Shown here: positions 40,152-49,074 of the stretch, piece by piece
Layout of the letters: each line of letters begins with the position of its first letter
Position numbering within the stretch: the stretch's first letter is position 1
Assembly: GCA_963614215.1 (NCBI GenBank)
Contig: CAVECB010000004.1
Span: 26,222 to 90,221 of the forward strand
Reading direction: 5' to 3'
DNA from: Ruthenibacterium lactatiformans
GTDB taxonomy: Bacteria; Actinomycetota; Coriobacteriia; Coriobacteriales; QAMH01
Length of the DNA stretch: 64,000 nt
Notes under the pieces: model-generated
Told to the model about the DNA's origin: nothing
The model's database searches: none
The model's input: only the letters and a program-made list of their open reading frames with translations
Program-made: the position numbers and the translations under genes

Positions 40152-43090
40152 CTCGCCTTCTTCGCAGTCGTATTCACGGTCTTTTTCTGCAAAACGAACA
40201 TGTCCTCCGGTTTCGTATTCCAGTTCACGTGCTTCACCCTCGTCACGACCGCAGCTCTCCACGACCCGTCGTAGTGCTGCTTTTCCTTTGTGAAGGCCTT
40301 GTCCTTGTTCGTCGACTTCGAGACCTCGAAGGTGTCGAAGTACCAGTCGTTGTTGTCGTAGAAGAAGCGGTTGGTGTTGTCGAAGCGCTCCGAGCTGACG
40401 AGGTATTTCGCCGTCTTCAACCCGACCTCTTCAAGCTCGCCTTTCAATGTCTTGCCGTCGGCCAGCCTGGAGAGCATCGCGTTTACCTGCGCGGTGTTGA
40501 AATACCCGCTGTCCCAGGAGGTGGTCGCCACGTATTTCATCCAGTTGCCCACCTCTTTGTATTCGTAGCTGCGAAACGGCGAGGCGACGAACGTGTTTGT
40601 GGTGCCTTTCGCCCAACTGCCCGTGAAGTATATGAAGCCCTTGTCCCATTTGTCCTGCGTATCGCTGGCGCGCAGGCCCCGCGCCCAGGTGCCCGCCGTG
40701 TTGTTGTAGAGGACGAGAGGCCCGGTCCCGTCGCCGGTTGTTCTCAAGGCTGCGACCGTATCTCTGAGATCTTCGGCCTCCGCGATTTTTTTCGCCCTTT
40801 CCTGTGGGTCGTCGATGAACTCGTTTGCTTCGCTAATCATGTCTTGGAATTGGTAGTCGTTGTATCCGGAGTAGGCGCTGTACTTGCCCCAGCTGCCGCC
40901 CGAGCGGGCGCAGCTGAGGTCTATCTTGTGCCTTTCGTTGACGATGGCGTTCACCTCTTTGCTCTGTGCGTCCAGCTCGTCGAGATACGAGCGCTTGCTG
41001 CCCAGGTTGCCCGCCTTGCCCGCTTCGGCGGCTTCGGTTTGCGCGCCGTAGGCCAGCTGCAGAACCTGAGCCGCGTTGGTCCACACGTTCGCGAGCGAGC
41101 CTCTGAAGCTCTGGCGGTATTTGTAGGTCTGTATGCCCCAGTTGTACGAGAGCGCCATCATCTCGTCGTAGACCGCGATCAGGTCGTGGCTGGTTGCCGA
41201 GTCCGCCTTGCAGATGATGGCGTAGAGCTCGCCCATGTTGGTGGCCAGCTCGTCGAGCGCGACCTTTTCCTTTACCGCGAAATCCGAGAGCTTTTGCGCG
41301 CGCTGCGATCCGTCTGTGTCCTTGCAGATGGCCTCCACCTCGTCTTTGAGCAGCGTGTATTGGGTGCGTATGCGCGCGGCGAGGCGCTCGGCGTCGGTGA
41401 CGAGCGCGGCTTTTTGGCCAGCGCGCACCGTTGTGGAAAGCGCTTTCATCTCGTAGCCTAAGTCGGTCACCTGGTCGTGAATTTGGACGACCTCGGTGAA
41501 AATCTCGTTGTTGCTGATCTCGTAAAGCGAGGTGTTGTGGTTCGGGTCGGCCACGTTCGTGTAGAACTGCTTCCAGCCGTGCTCCGCCAGCGCCCAAAGC
41601 GCCTTCTTGCCCATGGCGACCGCGATGTTTTGCGGCATGAGGTCGTCGAGCAGGTCGCCGAGGAAGTCGCGCGATTCGTCGTTTGCCTCCACGAGCGCCG
41701 CAGCGTCTGCCAACTCGGCGTCGCGCCCCAGCACGTCGTGGATGCCGCTTGCGGAGAGGGCCACGGTGGCGCCTTCGGGCACGTCGCTTGTCTTTAACAC
41801 GATGGAGTAGCCGCCGTCGTCGTTTGCGGAGACCGACGTGGGGGCTATCTCTTTGTCGTCGACCTCGACTTTCACGTTGGCGGCGGACAGCTCGCCTTGC
41901 GCGTCGCGCAGCTCGGCGGCAAAGGTCGTCGTAGCGGCTGCGTCGTCCGTGTAGTCGAAGTCGAGGGAGACCCAGGGCTTGGGCACGGCGATGGCGCAGG
42001 CCACGTCGCCTTGCGTTTCGTTGGCCTCGGCCTTTAAGGTGAGCGTCGCATCGTCGAGAGCCGATGCGTTGCCGCTTTCCGGCAGCGCAATCTCGACGGA
42101 CAGCTCGCGCTCGTTTTTGAAGTCCACCTTCGACAGGGTGCAGCCGTCGGCGCCTTCCAAGGTGAAGCTGTCGGCGCCGATTGTGTTGCCCAAGACGAAG
42201 TCGCTTGCCACAAGCGCCGCGGTGAACTTCGCGCCGTCGAGCTTCGAGGTGGAGAAATCGACGTCTAGAGCGGGGTTTGCAAACACCGCGAAGACCTCGT
42301 AGCCTTGCGACGCGTCCCCGCCTTCGCCTGCATCCGATTCCGCGCTCGCGCCGTCGCCTTCTGTCTGCGCTCCTTCAGTCGTGTTCGCCGCCGTGTCGGC
42401 GCCGTCTTCGGCAGCTTCCTTTTCCTCGTAGGGCTTCAGGTCATCTTCGGAGGCGACATGACCGCTTTCTATCTCGCCCAGCAACGCGGAGACCTCCTCG
42501 GGCGTGTCGGCCACGACCGCGTTCGTCTGCGCGCTCACGGCCTCCTCGTCTTTATTCACAATCTCGGCGTCTTCAGGCCATTGGACGCCCTTGTCGTTGT
42601 TCACCTCGTCAGCACTCATCATCTCGTCTTTGCTCACGCCAGTGCTGCTTTCCGTCCCGCCGCCTTCGCCCGTCTCCACGTCCGTCACGCAATCCGCCGC
42701 CAGCGCAACACCTGCAATCGAGGCGCCGTTGTTGGCCAGCTCCGCGGGGCGGCTTGCCTTCACGGACAGCGTCACGTCGTCTGTCCGCTCGACCGCATCG
42801 ACCGTCCAGCCGTCGAGCGCAGCACCGAGCGTCACCTTGTTGGCGCCCACCTCTGAGGCAAGCTTGCCCTTTTCCAGAATGACCTTGAAAGCGACCTCGT
42901 CGACGTTGGAGGGGATGTAGGGCACGTCGACGTCGAGGAGGTCGGAGCCGTCGTCGAAGTTCTCCCAGCGATAGGTCTCGCCGCTTGTCTGTGTCTGGCT
43001 CGTGCTCGCCTGCTGGCAGGCGGCAAGCGGGACGGAAAACGCGACGGCTAGGATGGCGGCAAGGACGGTCCGGAGGGTTTTCTCCCACAT
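40148..43090 (-). CDS. Large (980 aa) lipoprotein: acidic linkers, Ig-like repeats, C-terminal helical plus beta-rich region of unknown function
   Basis: MWEKTLRTVLAAILAVAFSVPLAAC is a lipobox signal peptide. RBS AAGAGGTG before ATG 43090. I recognise no catalytic motif. Confidence 0.75.
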   Translation of the reverse strand: MWEKTLRTVLAAILAVAFSVPLAACQQASTSQTQTSGETYRWENFDDGSDLLDVDVPYIPSNVDEVAFKVILEKGKLASEVGANKVTLGAALDGWTVDAVERTDDVTLSVKASRPAELANNGASIAGVALAADCVTDVETGEGGGTESSTGVSKDEMMSADEVNNDKGVQWPEDAEIVNKDEEAVSAQTNAVVADTPEEVSALLGEIESGHVASEDDLKPYEEKEAAEDGADTAANTTEGAQTEGDGASAESDAGEGGDASQGYEVFAVFANPALDVDFSTSKLDGAKFTAALVASDFVLGNTIGADSFTLEGADGCTLSKVDFKNERELSVEIALPESGNASALDDATLTLKAEANETQGDVACAIAVPKPWVSLDFDYTDDAAATTTFAAELRDAQGELSAANVKVEVDDKEIAPTSVSANDDGGYSIVLKTSDVPEGATVALSASGIHDVLGRDAELADAAALVEANDESRDFLGDLLDDLMPQNIAVAMGKKALWALAEHGWKQFYTNVADPNHNTSLYEISNNEIFTEVVQIHDQVTDLGYEMKALSTTVRAGQKAALVTDAERLAARIRTQYTLLKDEVEAICKDTDGSQRAQKLSDFAVKEKVALDELATNMGELYAIICKADSATSHDLIAVYDEMMALSYNWGIQTYKYRQSFRGSLANVWTNAAQVLQLAYGAQTEAAEAGKAGNLGSKRSYLDELDAQSKEVNAIVNERHKIDLSCARSGGSWGKYSAYSGYNDYQFQDMISEANEFIDDPQERAKKIAEAEDLRDTVAALRTTGDGTGPLVLYNNTAGTWARGLRASDTQDKWDKGFIYFTGSWAKGTTNTFVASPFRSYEYKEVGNWMKYVATTSWDSGYFNTAQVNAMLSRLADGKTLKGELEEVGLKTAKYLVSSERFDNTNRFFYDNNDWYFDTFEVSKSTNKDKAFTKEKQHYDGSWRAAVVTRVKHVNWNTKPEDMFVLQKKTVNTTAKKAS

Positions 43091-43362
43091 GGCGCACCTC
43101 TTTTCTACCGCGCGCCATACGCATCGCGCATGCGGCGCATGCGACAGGCGCGTGTCCGTGCCCGGGCAGGCTGCCCCATCCGGGCGCTCTTCAGATGAAG
43201 TGTAGCAAGCGCGCGGCCTGCCCCGTGCCCGCAAGCCGCTTTCATTCGATACACGGGCGCATCGGGCATGGCGCGTGGGAGTGGCACGCGAAGCGGGGCA
43301 GACGGGGCCTCGGCAAATGAAAAGCGAGCCGGGGAACTTCAGCCCCCGACCCGCGTCGGTTG

Positions 43363-43439
43363 TGGTAGCCCGTACCGGATTCGAACCGGTGATCTCCGCC
43401 TTGAGAGGGCGGTGTCCTAAACCGCTAGACGAACGGGCC
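43363..43439 (-). tRNA. tRNA-Glu (anticodon CTC), CCA encoded
   Basis: The reverse complement GGCCCGTTCGTCTAGCGGTTTAGGACACCGCCCTCTCAAGGCGGAGATCACCGGTTCGAATCCGGTACGGGCTACCA folds into a cloverleaf. Anticodon loop CT-CTC-AA between CCGCC/GGCGG. Confidence 0.9.
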
Positions 43440-43457
43440 GTGCTATGTAAGCGCCTT

Positions 43458-43531
43458 TGGCTGGGGTAGCAGGAGTCGAACCCGCACTGACAGAACCAGA
43501 ATCTGCTGTCCTACCATTAGACGATACCCCA
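43458..43531 (-). tRNA. tRNA-Gln (anticodon CTG), CCA encoded
   Basis: The reverse complement TGGGGTATCGTCTAATGGTAGGACAGCAGATTCTGGTTCTGTCAGTGCGGGTTCGACTCCTGCTACCCCAGCCA has acceptor TGGGGTA/TACCCCA and anticodon loop TT-CTG-GT. Confidence 0.9.
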
Positions 43532-43703
43532 GTGGGCGAAACGTGCGCTCCAATCGAGCAACCCCGCAATGGCGCGAGCAACTATATTAGGGATGAAGAC
43601 CCTGCGCGTCAAGGGTGTTTTTCACGATTTTTCGGCGAGTTTCGCGGGGGCGCGGGTGCGGCGCATGCTCCGCGCGCGCGGGTGCGCTATCCTTGGCTTC
43701 ATT

Positions 43704-46700
43704 ATGTTGATAGACTCCCTTTCCTCGCATCTGCTGGCCGCGCCGTCGCTGCGGCCCATGCTCGACAAGCTCGCCGCCGGCGAAGACGCGGCGCTTGCCG
43801 TGGCCGGGTCTGTGCGCCCCTTTGCTGTGGCCTCGCTGTTTGCCCGCACGCCGCGCCCCATGGCCGTGGTGGTGAGCGGCGCCGAGGCCGCCGAGAAGTT
43901 CGCCCGCGACCTGGCCGCCTGGATAGGCATCTCGCGCGTGGTGCTCTTTCCCGAGCGCGCCGACATGCCCTGGTCGCCCACTGCCTGCGACCTGTCTGTC
44001 GTGGGCGCGCGCGCAAAGGCGCTGGGCCTGCTTGCGGCCGGCCGCTCCGTCGTCGTCGTGGCCTCTGCCCGCGCGCTTTTGCGCTATGTGGCTCCGCCCG
44101 AGACGCGCCTATTTGCCCCCATCTCCATTTCGTGCGAAAACGGCGCGGTGGACGGGCGGACCGGCGAGCTACTCTCCTACGAGGGCCTGGCCGCCAGCCT
44201 TGTTGAACGCGGATACCGCCGCGCCGAGGCGGCAGATATGCCCGGGCTTTTTTCCGTGCACGGCGACACCGTCGACGTCTACGGCGCCGGCGACAGTTCT
44301 CCTGTGCGCATCGAGTTTTTCGGGGATGCGGTGGACGGCCTGCGCCGCACGGTCGCCTCGACGGGGCAGTCCATACGCGCGCTCGACGACGTGGAGATAT
44401 GGCCGGCCCGCGAGTTCTCCATTTCCAAGACAGGCCTTGCCCGCATGCGCCGCGAGCTTTCGAGCCGCGTCGCCATCGATTCGGACGTCGCCGCCGCCCT
44501 CGAGGCCTTCGAGGAGGGGCGTCCGGGCGCGGAGATGGAGCGCTACGTGCCCGCCCTCTACAGCAAGATGGCCTGCCCGCTGGCCTGCGCGCACCCGGAT
44601 ACACTCACCGTGCTGGTCGAGCCGCGCAGCCTCTTTGATGACGCCTCCCGCCGCCGCGACGAGATATCGGCGATGGCCGAGGCCGCCAAGCTAAAGCCCG
44701 CCGAGGTCGAGCGCTCCTTCTCCAACCCGGCCAAACTCGATTTCGGTCCGGGGCAGCGCCTGACCCTGCTGTCGCTTATGCGCGCGGGTGGGCAGGTGGA
44801 CGCGGAGCTGGCCGTGGTGCGCCCGAGCCTGCAGGGCAGCACCGACAAGCTGCTCTCCTGTCTGCGCGAACATGTGGCCGCCTCCGACTTCACCCTCTTC
44901 ACCGCCGCGGATCGCCGCGTGCGCGAGGATATGGAGCTGCTCTTCGGCGACGCGGGGCTGTCGTTTCGCGAATGCATCGACAAGGACAAGGCAGCCCTCG
45001 AGACCGGCGTGCTAAACATCGGCGATGTCGACGTGGCGGCCGGCTTTCTCATCAATGATGCGCACCTGGCCGTCGTCTCCATCGACGACCTCTCCGGCCG
45101 CTCCGCCGCCCGCGGCGCCACTAGGCGTCGTGCCCGCCGCGTCGACATCACCGAGACGAGCTTTCCTTTTGCGCCGGGCGACTACGTGGTGCACGCGAGT
45201 CACGGCATAGCGCTCTTCACCGGCTTCGTGCGCCAGGAGGTGGCCGGCACCGAGCGCGACTACATGCTGCTGTCGTATGCGGAATCCGACAAGCTCTACG
45301 TGCCCGTCGAGCAGATAGATCGCATCACCCGCTACGTCGGCCCTGGTGGCGCGGCACCGCGCCTCACCCGCCTGCACACGGCAGATTGGACGCGCGCGAC
45401 GGCCAAGGCGAGAAAAAGCGCGCGCAAGCTAGCCTTCGACCTTGTGGACCTCTACGCGCGGCGCTCCACGGCTAAGGGTTTCACCTATTCGAGCGACTCT
45501 ACCTGGCAAGAGGAGATGGAGCGGCTCTTCCCCTACACCGAGACCCCCGACCAGCTCGCGGCCATCGCCGACGTAAAGGCCGACATGGAAAGCGACCGCC
45601 CGATGGACCGCCTGATTTGCGGCGACGTGGGCTTCGGTAAAACGGAGGTGGCTCTGCGCGCCGCGTTCAAGGCAATTTCCGACGAGCGACAGGTGATGGT
45701 CTTGTGTCCGACGACCATCCTTGCCCAGCAGCACTACACCACCTTCTCCGAGCGCTTTTCCCCCTTCGGCGCGCGCGTCGAGGTCTTGAGTCGTTTTCGC
45801 AGCAAGGCGCAGCAGAAAGCGGCGCTTTGCGGTTTTGCGGACGGGACGGTGAGCGTGCTCGTAGGCACGCATCGCCTGCTCTCGCGCGACGTCAACCCCA
45901 AGGAGCTGGGGCTGGTCATCATCGACGAGGAACAGCGTTTTGGGGTGGGGCACAAGGAGCAGTTGAAGAACCTGCGTGAGAGTGTGGACGTGCTGACGCT
46001 GTCGGCCACGCCCATCCCGCGCACTTTGCAGATGTCGCTGTCCGGCGTGCGCGACATGAGCCTCATCACCACGCCGCCGCCGCAGCGCCTGCCGGTGAAG
46101 GTGCACGTGGGGGAGTGGGACGCTGACGTGGTGTCTTCGGCCATACGTCTTGAGATGGAGCGCGGCGGGCAGGCCTACTACGTGTCCAACCGCGTGAGGA
46201 CCATCGACGACGCGGTGGCGCGTGTGACGCAGGCCGCCCCCGAGGCGCGCGTGGGTGTGGCGCATGGCCAGATGAGTGCGGCGCAGGTCGAAGACGTGAT
46301 GGAGCGGTTTTCTGCCGGCGAGATAGACGTGCTGGTGGCGACGACCATCGTGGAAAGTGGTCTGGACAACCCGCACACGAACACGCTCATCATCGAGGAC
46401 TCGCAGCGCCTAGGCCTCGCACAGCTCTACCAGCTGAAAGGGCGCGTGGGGCGCAGCGAGCGCCAGGCCTTCGCGTACTTTCTCTTTCCGGCGACGCACC
46501 CCCTTTCCGACGAGGCGACTGCACGGCTGACCGCGGTGGGCGAGCTGACGGAGCTGGGCAGCGGGATGAAGGTGGCGATGCGCGATTTGGAGATACGCGG
46601 TGCGGGCAGCCTTTTGGGTGCCGAGCAAAGCGGGCAGATGAGCGCGGTGGGCTTCGATTTGTTCGCGAACATGCTCTCCGAGGCCGTCGCGAGCGCGCGC

Positions 46701-47285
46701 AGCGGCGAGGAAGCGGATGCGGAGCGTGATGAAAGCGGGCGCAGCGGCAAGGCGCGCGGCAAGGCGGGTCGCAAGGGTGCGCGAGGTGAAGGCCGCAAGC
46801 CGGACGACGGCGCAGAAAAGGAGCTTTCGAGTGCCGATGTGTGCGTGGACCTGGCTGCCGATTTCTATCTGCCCGAGGAGTTTGTGGAGGCCGCCGACGA
46901 GCGCGTCGCGTGGTATCGGCGCCTGGCCGCGGCCGAAGACGAGGCACAGGTCGAGGAGCTGGCGGCGCGCCTGCGCGAGACTCACGGCGGCTTGCCGGTT
47001 CCGGCGGCGAACATGGTTGCCCGCGCGCGTGTCAAGGCGCGTGCCGCCTCCTGTGGCATCGAGCGCATCGTGCAGACGGGCGGCAAGCTGCGCATATCGC
47101 CTGTGAGCGCCGACTTTGCCGGCCGCGTCTCGCGCGACGTGGAGGCCAAGGCTACCCTCGACGGCATGCGCGCCATATGGTCGCCGCGCGAAAAGACCTA
47201 CATCGTGCCCGTCGCATCCGGCGAGTCGGCCCTCGACATGGCAGACGCCGCCCTAGCCGCCCTCGCACAGGCCGCGCAGCGCTGA
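43704..47285 (+). CDS. mfd: Transcription-repair coupling factor Mfd
   Basis: CarD/TRCF RNAP-interaction region (YVVHASHGIALFTG), helicase motifs GDVGFGKTEVA and IIDEEQRFGV. About 1190 aa from ATG 43704. Confidence 0.9.
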   Translation: MLIDSLSSHLLAAPSLRPMLDKLAAGEDAALAVAGSVRPFAVASLFARTPRPMAVVVSGAEAAEKFARDLAAWIGISRVVLFPERADMPWSPTACDLSVVGARAKALGLLAAGRSVVVVASARALLRYVAPPETRLFAPISISCENGAVDGRTGELLSYEGLAASLVERGYRRAEAADMPGLFSVHGDTVDVYGAGDSSPVRIEFFGDAVDGLRRTVASTGQSIRALDDVEIWPAREFSISKTGLARMRRELSSRVAIDSDVAAALEAFEEGRPGAEMERYVPALYSKMACPLACAHPDTLTVLVEPRSLFDDASRRRDEISAMAEAAKLKPAEVERSFSNPAKLDFGPGQRLTLLSLMRAGGQVDAELAVVRPSLQGSTDKLLSCLREHVAASDFTLFTAADRRVREDMELLFGDAGLSFRECIDKDKAALETGVLNIGDVDVAAGFLINDAHLAVVSIDDLSGRSAARGATRRRARRVDITETSFPFAPGDYVVHASHGIALFTGFVRQEVAGTERDYMLLSYAESDKLYVPVEQIDRITRYVGPGGAAPRLTRLHTADWTRATAKARKSARKLAFDLVDLYARRSTAKGFTYSSDSTWQEEMERLFPYTETPDQLAAIADVKADMESDRPMDRLICGDVGFGKTEVALRAAFKAISDERQVMVLCPTTILAQQHYTTFSERFSPFGARVEVLSRFRSKAQQKAALCGFADGTVSVLVGTHRLLSRDVNPKELGLVIIDEEQRFGVGHKEQLKNLRESVDVLTLSATPIPRTLQMSLSGVRDMSLITTPPPQRLPVKVHVGEWDADVVSSAIRLEMERGGQAYYVSNRVRTIDDAVARVTQAAPEARVGVAHGQMSAAQVEDVMERFSAGEIDVLVATTIVESGLDNPHTNTLIIEDSQRLGLAQLYQLKGRVGRSERQAFAYFLFPATHPLSDEATARLTAVGELTELGSGMKVAMRDLEIRGAGSLLGAEQSGQMSAVGFDLFANMLSEAVASARSGEEADAERDESGRSGKARGKAGRKGARGEGRKPDDGAEKELSSADVCVDLAADFYLPEEFVEAADERVAWYRRLAAAEDEAQVEELAARLRETHGGLPVPAANMVARARVKARAASCGIERIVQTGGKLRISPVSADFAGRVSRDVEAKATLDGMRAIWSPREKTYIVPVASGESALDMADAALAALAQAAQR

Positions 47286-47350
47286 CCTTCGCCGGGTCCG
47301 TTTCGCTTAAGCCCCGCGCACGCACGGCGCCCCCTTCGCGCCCCATGCGC

Positions 47351-47356
47351 TAGAAT
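47351..47356 (+). promoter_or_regulatory. Putative -10 TAGAAT upstream of tig
   Basis: gcgcTAGAATcgtgg, about 45 nt upstream of the tig ATG. Confidence 0.35.
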
Positions 47357-47401
47357 CGTGGCGTCTTGAAAAAAGGAGCACACCATGTCGAGGAGGCATG
47401 C

Positions 47402-48766
47402 ATGCAGATAACCGATATTTTCACTGAAAACGACGGCGACAAGCTCGAGACTGTCGTCGAGATGCACATGACGGGCGCCGAGGTGGCGCCCTACATCGAC
47501 GCTTGCTACGCCGAGCTGGCCAAAAACGACATCCCCGGCTTTCGTCCGGGCAAGGCGCCGCGCGAGGTGCTCGACCGTGGGATGGGCGGGCGCGACAAGG
47601 TAATGGCAAAGGTCGCGCACGACATCGTGGACGCCGAGGGACTTGCGGCCCTCGACATGGCCGACGTGGTCTTTTTGGGCGAGCCGGATTTCAACGTCAC
47701 GACGCCGCCCGACGATAAAGAGGGCTTTTCTTTCACCGCAAGCGGGGCAATTGCGCCCAAGGCCACGCTTTCGTCGGCAGAGCCTGTCGCCATCGAGATG
47801 CCGCCTGAGGAAGTCACCGAGGCTGAGGTTGACGAGCGCATCGAGAATCTGCGCAGCTACTACTACGTCTACGAAGACATCGACGACGCAGCTCACGAGC
47901 TGCGCGAGGGCGATTTTGCCTTGCTCACCATGACGATTGAGCAAGACGGCCGCGTGATGAACAATATTGCCGACACCCAGCGCATGGTCGAGCTGGGAGG
48001 CGGCACAATGCCGGAAAGCTTCGATGCGCACCTTGTCGGCGCGCGCGCAGGCGACGAGCTGGACTTCGACTTCGACATCGAGATGGCCGACGAGGGGGCA
48101 GACAAGGGTGCCGCCGCGGCCGGCGCCGAGCAGGGAGATGCGCCTGCCACCGCGACGCTGCACGCGCATGTGCATGTGGACAAGATACGCCGCCGCCTCG
48201 TGCCAGACCTCGACGCGGAGTTCGCGGCCAGGTTTGGCGCCGCCGACGTTGCCGACCTGCGCCGCCAGACGAAAACCGAGATAGGCATGGAGAAGGCAAA
48301 AGAGCTCCCCGTCTTGAAAGAGCAACGCTGCCTAGCTGCGCTAATCGAGCGCCTCGAAGACGAAGTGCCGGCCTATTTTGCCGACCACATGCGCGCGGGC
48401 GTGCAGTTCGAGTTCATGCAAAGCCTCCAAGAGCAGCAGACCAACCTGCAGGACTTCATCTTGAACAACAACATCGACGGCGAGAAGCTAAAAGCGAGCT
48501 TTGCCGACGAGGCTATTTTTCGCGCGCGCCTCGACATGGCGCTTTCGGCGCTGTGGGACGCGAAGGGCTGGGAGCTGACTGATGCCGACATAGACGGCCA
48601 GCTCGCCGCCGGCGAGGCCGACCCCGCGCAGATTCGCGCGAGCTGGGAGGAGGCGCACCGCAGCGCGGAGCTGCGCCGCATGTGCCGCCAGAACAAGGCG
48701 ACCGACTGGCTGGTGGAGACGGCGCAGGTCACGATTGTTGAGGGAGATGGTGAAGATGCCGCGTGA
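47402..48766 (+). CDS. tig: Trigger factor (canonical copy)
   Basis: MQITDIFTENDGDKLETVVEM... with the ribosome-binding signature IPGFRPGKAPREVL. FKBP-like middle and helical C-terminus. RBS GAGGAGG 5 nt before ATG 47402. Confidence 0.85.
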   Translation: MQITDIFTENDGDKLETVVEMHMTGAEVAPYIDACYAELAKNDIPGFRPGKAPREVLDRGMGGRDKVMAKVAHDIVDAEGLAALDMADVVFLGEPDFNVTTPPDDKEGFSFTASGAIAPKATLSSAEPVAIEMPPEEVTEAEVDERIENLRSYYYVYEDIDDAAHELREGDFALLTMTIEQDGRVMNNIADTQRMVELGGGTMPESFDAHLVGARAGDELDFDFDIEMADEGADKGAAAAGAEQGDAPATATLHAHVHVDKIRRRLVPDLDAEFAARFGAADVADLRRQTKTEIGMEKAKELPVLKEQRCLAALIERLEDEVPAYFADHMRAGVQFEFMQSLQEQQTNLQDFILNNNIDGEKLKASFADEAIFRARLDMALSALWDAKGWELTDADIDGQLAAGEADPAQIRASWEEAHRSAELRRMCRQNKATDWLVETAQVTIVEGDGEDAA

Positions 48767-48980
48767 CACGAGCGTGATGGGCGAGGTCACCGAAGAGGAC
48801 CTTTCGGGTTTTCCTCTAAAGGAGCTGAAGTGCCGCGCATGCAGCGGCTACGGCAATTGTGGATATCGCATGTATCGGTTGCACGAGGGCAAGCCCGTGG
48901 CCATATGCCAGATGCGTCGTAAAGAACTGGTGGCCGAGCGCGACGGCGCCGATGCGGCCGCCGACGCGGCATCTGCCTGA
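48756..48980 (+). CDS. Possible small Cys-containing protein overlapping the tig stop
   Basis: MPRDTSVMGEVTEEDLSGFPLKELKCRACSGYGNCGYRMYRLHEGKPVAICQMRRKEL... ATG 48756 is preceded by GGGAGATGGTGAAG. No recognisable family, so this could be a chance high-GC ORF. Confidence 0.3.
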   Translation: MPRDTSVMGEVTEEDLSGFPLKELKCRACSGYGNCGYRMYRLHEGKPVAICQMRRKELVAERDGADAAADAASA

Positions 48981-49074
48981 AGTTTGCAAGGCCGTCTTTT
49001 GCCGCCTGTGCGGTCGGGTTGCGATGTCGGGTCTGGAAATTCGCGCCCGTGCCCGTCTGCCCGCGCCCGTCCGC

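Noticed and set aside
39695-41461. 588-aa plus-strand ORF spanning the C11 peptidase / lipoprotein junction
   Set aside because: The product is Arg/Pro/Ala-rich and lies antisense to genes that have a lipobox and a catalytic dyad, so it is a GC artefact.
36100-43362. Genomic island integrated at the 3' end of tRNA-Glu (lipoprotein, C11 peptidase, MFS, small basic protein)
   Set aside because: There is no integrase or recombinase, I could find no direct repeat of the tRNA 3' end, and there is no obvious compositional shift. Adjacency to the tRNAs alone is insufficient.
43457-44206. 249-aa plus-strand ORF starting within the tRNA-Gln region and running into mfd
   Set aside because: It overlaps a tRNA gene and the mfd 5' end out of frame and has Arg/Ala/Gly/Pro-rich composition.
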